A DNA stretch of 64,000 nucleotides from an uncultured Pseudomonadota bacterium (lineage in GTDB: Bacteria > Pseudomonadota > Gammaproteobacteria > Burkholderiales > SG8-39). The notes under the pieces were generated by a model, which searched no databases, was not told where the DNA came from, and saw only the letters and a list, made by a program, of their open reading frames with translations. A program made the translations under genes and the position numbers. Every line of letters begins with the position of its first letter. The first letter of the stretch is position 1. This document shows positions 60,108 through 64,000 of the stretch, one piece after another. The stretch is from contig CAWFPL010000007.1 of assembly GCA_963817785.1 (NCBI GenBank), positions 338,598-402,597 on the forward strand, given 5' to 3'.

Positions 60108-61211
60108 CTGTCTCGACGCCGTGTCAATGCAAGTGGTTAAACGAAGACGCGTAGGTCGTCGCTGCGTGTTCATCTGACACTGGGATCAGTCCACGGCCCA
60201 GATTGGGCGCGCCTACGCGCCGGTTGATCGCGAAAGCGCATGCAGATCGTGCCTGTTTCCCGGCCAGAGCGCGCGCGCACCGGGGTTAGCATCGCGACGA
60301 GATTTCCCCCAAGCCGGTCTCGAACCGGTAGCGACGAGGCGCCTTCGTGGGAGGGCGCAGACGGGCCTTCGGGCCTGTGGTGAAAACCCGGCTCGCAAAA
60401 ACGAGCCGGTCCCCCTGGTCGTGCACCAGGTGAAGGTCTGCCACCGAGGTGGCGGATGATCCGTAACGCGCGCCCCGCACAGCGCGCATCGGGTAGGCGC
60501 ACGGCGCCTTCCGAGCGGGCCGGTTCGTGCCTGCTCAAAGTAAAAACCGTCCGAAGTCAGTCCGGTGTGGCGAGCGCTCGTGTAGAGCGCGCGCCCCGCG
60601 AGGCATTCGGCCGGCGTGAGCCTGCGTGAATGGAACCGACAGGAACCCGGGCCCCCGGAAGGGGCGCCGGGTTCCGCTAGCCATGCCGCAAGGCATGCCA
60701 CGCGCTCTCCGACAACGGAGGGAGGCCCAGTGGGAGTCTCCCGAATAGATTGGGCGACTATGAGCCAAGAGTACCGCGTCGCTGCGGTGATCTATCGGCT
60801 CCTCCTTCAGTGGAAGCCTGACGAATAGATGGGGCTTCGCGAAAACCCGCGCTCAGCAATGTCGTGCGGCTTTTTGCTTTCTGACCCTTCTACGTAATCC
60901 CAAGAAACGCCGCCGGCGAGGACGCGAGCACCCTCCGGATCCGTGAGGTCTGGAGCGCGCTGCGCCTTTTCCTAATGCGCGGCCGTGTTTACCTCCCTGT
61001 GGGTCTCACAGGAATCGAAAAGCGCTCCCACGCGGGAGCACCGAGTCGGCGCGATCGCACGAATCGCGCACCACGGCGTAAACAAACCGATCTTCGATCC
61101 CCCTCTGCGAGGGGGCGTCTGAACATGGATGCTCTGGGTCATGCCTGGAGATTCGCCATTCGTGTGTCCTACCGACGCCCCCTCGCGAATAGGGGGCCCA
61201 GAGATTCGACG

Positions 61212-61484
61212 ATGCAAACCACAAGAACAGTGGTGTCCGACGCCAAGGACACCGCGCGGAAAGTGTCGTTCGTGCGCAGCATGGCCGACGGCTACCGCGA
61301 CGGCAAGAAACTCGCGCAAGCGATCGCTGTGGACCCCACGCTTCTTCGGGGCCTTGCGGTGGTGCTGCGCAAGCTGGCAAGAAATCCCGAAGCGAGAACC
61401 ATCCTCGACAAGGTATTCGATCGCCATGCGAAGCAATTCCCAAGCGAGTATCGCGCGTACGCGCAAGCTCGCCTGACGCACTGA
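61212..61484 (+). CDS. small hypothetical protein (90 aa)
   Basis: Internal ATG (M80) of track ORF 60975..61484. The sequence upstream of it looks non-coding. Confidence 0.4.
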   Translation: MQTTRTVVSDAKDTARKVSFVRSMADGYRDGKKLAQAIAVDPTLLRGLAVVLRKLARNPEARTILDKVFDRHAKQFPSEYRAYAQARLTH

Positions 61485-62066
61485 AGCACGCGTAAAGGGG
61501 GCCGGCTGCAAGGCCGGTTACCCCTTTCGCACTGGACCGCTAGGTCCGCACGCCGAGGACCCATCGCCTTCGGGATCGACTCGTCCCGAACGCCGTGCGC
61601 CCTCAAGGGCCAAGCGGTTTCACCCCTCCCGGGGTCATACGGGAATCGAACGGACTCCCATCGGGGAGCTCTCCATCGCGAAGCCGAGCGAAAGCTGGGT
61701 GGATGCGGCATCTGTGAACGTTGCGGGCAACGCTTACGCCTGCAAGACGCATGGCGTCCCCGTCCTCACCTGAGACGGGAACGGCTCGGCGCTGATGTAT
61801 GCACTGGGCATCGCGCCTGTCGCGATGAGCGCGCTCTTCGGCATGCTCGTTTGGGCCAATGGCACCGAGCACAGTCGCATCGTCAAGCTGCAACAAGAGA
61901 TCGAGTTGGTCGGCACCGTGCACGCGATGCCAACTGAGTTCTGAAACGCAAGTCGTGACGAACGGGCGAGTGCCCGTGGCGCGCGGCACACGCAATCTTC
62001 GCGGGTAACGCTTTTGCGCCCGCGAGGGCCTGGCGTCCCGCTTTCACTTCGAAAGGGGAACGCCAC

Positions 62067-62204
62067 ATGAAAACCTGGATCGTCGTCCTGATCGCCATCG
62101 CTGTCGTGCAAGTCACCATTGGCAAGGCGCTTGTCACCAAGTTCGAGCACATCGCCACGGCCCACACGGTTTCGATGCAGAAGGCCGTCGACGCGGCGAA
62201 GTAG
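62067..62204 (+). CDS. possible 45-aa membrane peptide
   Basis: ATG follows AGGGGAA. Hydrophobic N-terminus MKTWIVVLIAIAVV. Too short for the ORF track. Confidence 0.3.
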   Translation: MKTWIVVLIAIAVVQVTIGKALVTKFEHIATAHTVSMQKAVDAAK

Positions 62205-62345
62205 GCTGCTCGCGCGCAAACGGAAATGTCCCCGGCGCATCGGGGGCGAGAGAACGCCGCCGCCTGGGTCAGCGAACCGGGATCTCACCGTCGGCCTTTT
62301 CAATTCGCCCCCTATGTGACCGGGGGCATGCAAATGGAGAACCCC

Positions 62346-62858
62346 ATGAAACCGTACATCATCGCCGCGCGGCTGAAGTTCGCTTGGCTGGCGACCGTGT
62401 TCACGATGCACATGCTCGCGTTAATCGCGCTCGCGCTGCTCCCGGTACCGGAAGTGCACTGGGGGCGCCGCCGCCGCGAGCTGCGCGTGATCGTCATGAA
62501 CGTCGGGAAAGCGAAGACGCTCCTGCGACACATCCGCAAGGCAAGACGGGATCTACGCACGTGGCGTGGGCACACGCTTCGGGCCTTGGCCGACCTGGAG
62601 AATCCGGGCGAAGTGTGGTTGAACGCACAGAATGCGCTGTTGTGGCCGTATGTGCAGCGCCAAATGAGGTCCCAGGGGCACGACACGACGAAAGACGGGG
62701 ACCAATCCTCGGTCCTGTACATGCCTGAGGCTCGGGTGGAACTCAAGCCGAACGCGCTCCAGCAGTTCCGGCTTCGGCTCAACCAACTCGTCCGAGAGGA
62801 AAACCTGCGGCATTGCCGTCGCCTCGATGTGCGCGACGGCCTGCGGGAAACGATTTAG
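62346..62858 (+). CDS. hypothetical membrane protein (170 aa)
   Basis: ATG (M41 of the track ORF) lies 6 nt after GGAG. N-terminal TM helix. Confidence 0.45.
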   Translation: MKPYIIAARLKFAWLATVFTMHMLALIALALLPVPEVHWGRRRRELRVIVMNVGKAKTLLRHIRKARRDLRTWRGHTLRALADLENPGEVWLNAQNALLWPYVQRQMRSQGHDTTKDGDQSSVLYMPEARVELKPNALQQFRLRLNQLVREENLRHCRRLDVRDGLRETI

Positions 62859-62907
62859 AAGGAAACGGGCGAATCGGCGATTCGCCCCGTCGCCGGGCGC
62901 CGGGTCC

Positions 62908-63288
62908 TCAGTGGACCTGGGCGCTCGGGGACGGCATTTCCTCCAGGCGCTGCCGTTGGATCAACGCAAGTGCGAGCCCCATTGCTTCGCGCGCGAACTT
63001 GTCCATCTGACCAGGTGCGGTAGCCGCATTGCGCCGCGCCCAATGGCCGACGCGGGTGGCCCGCGCCTCGGCGACAGTGGGGCTGATTTTGCCCGCCTGC
63101 ATTTGCTCCAAGATCTTCGTGGTCACGGCGCTCACGTCAATCAGTGCGTGCCGGCGAGTGCCAAGGGGCGTCAGTCCCTTCGGGGGCCACCGGCGATCTT
63201 TGACCTCCATCGCAAACCAAAACAGTAGCGGAACCACGGTGAACCAAGCGGCGATCCCGGCAAGGGTCCACTCCAGCCACGTCGGCAT
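62908..63288 (-). CDS. hypothetical membrane-anchored protein (126 aa)
   Basis: ATG (M51 of the track ORF) preceded by AAGGAGG. TM helix WTLAGIAAWFTVVPLLFWF. Confidence 0.5.
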   Translation of the reverse strand: MPTWLEWTLAGIAAWFTVVPLLFWFAMEVKDRRWPPKGLTPLGTRRHALIDVSAVTTKILEQMQAGKISPTVAEARATRVGHWARRNAATAPGQMDKFAREAMGLALALIQRQRLEEMPSPSAQVH

Positions 63289-63529
63289 TCGAACCTCCTT
63301 TCGTCTTCGCTGATTTCGCAGATGAATAGACCGTAGCACGCAAGCACGAATCGTCAAGCCCGAGACCCAGCGCCATCCGAACCGAAGGATCGCCTTGGGC
63401 CTTGCCCAGCACCTGTAACACCTCGCCCGTGGGTCCACGGGTATCGAGCATCGAAGCCCATAGGGGCTTCCTCAGGCCGCCCAGCAGGGCAGGCCGCGGA
63501 AAACCTTCTTCACCGAAAGGAGCCACACC

Positions 63530-64000
63530 GTGAAAATCGCACACAGGATGAAAGCCGTCTCCCGGCTGATCGTCACCATGGCCCTCGCGCTGTTCGCGAA
63601 TGCCGTCTTTGCCTGGGGACAGAACTCCCCGGACGCCGGCGTGTACGGCATGAACAACAGCATGATGCTCGGCAGCGTCTACGAGGGCACCGTGGTCAAC
63701 GTGCGCCCCGTGCACATTGAGTCCTCGAACACCGCGACCTACACGGGGCGCGCCACCGGCGCGGCCCTGGGCGGGCTGTTCGGTTCGCGCTTGGGCCAGG
63801 GTAACGGGCGCATCGCGGCGGGGATCCTCGGCGCGGTACTGGGCGGCGTCGCGGGCGATGACGTGGCCAATCAAGCAAGCGGCTACAACGGCACGGAGGT
63901 CATCATCGCGATGAAAGATCACCGGCTCGTCTCGGTTACGCAGGCCGGAGGCCCCGGGTTCGTTCCTGGAGAACCGGTGTATGTCGTTCAGTCGGGCGGC
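63530..64000 (+). CDS. glycine-zipper outer-membrane protein (SlyB / 17-kDa antigen-like), 3' end outside window
   Basis: GTG start 7 nt after AAGGAG. Signal peptide, then glycine zipper GAALGGLFGSRLGQGNGRIAAGILGAVLGGVAG. Confidence 0.6.
   Translation, partial: MKIAHRMKAVSRLIVTMALALFANAVFAWGQNSPDAGVYGMNNSMMLGSVYEGTVVNVRPVHIESSNTATYTGRATGAALGGLFGSRLGQGNGRIAAGILGAVLGGVAGDDVANQASGYNGTEVIIAMKDHRLVSVTQAGGPGFVPGEPVYVVQSGG

Larger units (their letters stand above)
21190..64000. mobile_element. integrative conjugative element inserted next to tRNA-Asp (MobH relaxase, VirB-type T4SS); right end not in window
   Basis: An integrase gene starts 28 nt after the tRNA 3' end. It is followed by excisionase, relaxase, coupling protein, a full VirB set, IS elements and defence-like cargo. 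No tRNA-Asp 3' repeat was found downstream in the window. Confidence 0.75.

Noticed and set aside
60370-60450. Resemblance to a cobalamin riboswitch (GGTGAAAACCCGG ... GAAGGTCTGCC)
   Set aside because: The B12-box core (GCCACTG) is absent, no transport or cobalamin gene follows, and the similarity is limited to short GC-rich words.
60640-60675. 34-nt hairpin resembling group II intron domain V
   Set aside because: It lacks the AGC catalytic triad and the 2-nt bulge geometry. There is no intron-encoded reverse transcriptase and no GUGYG 5' end nearby.
61795-61944. 49-codon plus-strand ORF (MYALGIAPVAMSALFGMLVW...)
   Set aside because: It has a hydrophobic N-terminus but no ribosome-binding site. 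It is too short to separate from chance in GC-rich DNA.

Overview
This is a high-GC proteobacterial chromosome segment in two parts. All domain and family calls come from motif recognition by eye; I ran no homology searches, RNA folding or composition statistics.

**Part 1 (1-21.2 kb): ordinary core genes.**
- Genes present: a TPM-domain gene, an aldo/keto reductase, an LplT-like MFS transporter, a LysR regulator, alr, radA, a Tam-like methyltransferase and the hopanoid operon hpnC-hpnD-hpnE.
- These are followed by tRNA-Leu, tig-clpP-clpX-lon-hupB, tRNA-Val and tRNA-Asp.
- Two families of intergenic palindromic repeats are interspersed among them.
- clpP, clpX and lon together carry nine single-base frame changes as written. 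The flanking genes are intact, so this needs read-level checking.

**Part 2 (21.2 kb to the window end): an integrative conjugative element (ICE) inserted next to tRNA-Asp.**
- Backbone: tyrosine integrase, AlpA-like excisionase, an FlhD/FlhC-like (SetCD-like) activator pair, a MobH-type relaxase and a TraD/VirD4 coupling protein.
- It also has a VirB-type type IV secretion system (T4SS), with VirB8, B9, B10, B1, B11, B2, B3, B4, B5 and B6, and a vapBC module embedded antisense in the cluster.
- The right end of the element is not in the window.

**Cargo region downstream of virB6 (about 44.3-59.3 kb).** It looks visibly more A/T-rich and is rich in insertion sequences (IS) and defence-like genes:
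- an orphan 896-aa Rad50/SbcC-like ABC ATPase with a CxxC hook;
- a PD-(D/E)xK nuclease / P-loop NTPase gene cleanly split by an IS630-family element, plus the stump of a downstream ATPase gene;
- a translationally coupled three-gene operon: ECF-sigma-like protein, 133-aa protein, ImmA/IrrE metallopeptidase;
- a UBC/E2-like protein and a stand-alone SIR2-like protein, transcribed divergently from that operon;
- an IS1182-family element and a second IS630 copy.

The best candidate for an undescribed system is this protease/sigma regulatory operon together with the E2-like and SIR2 genes (52.3-56.4 kb).

Other open signals are a 30-nt palindrome plus DnaA-box-like motif present twice, 30 kb apart, a C15 tract beside the relaxase, and an 0.8 kb hairpin-dense stretch with no credible ORF.
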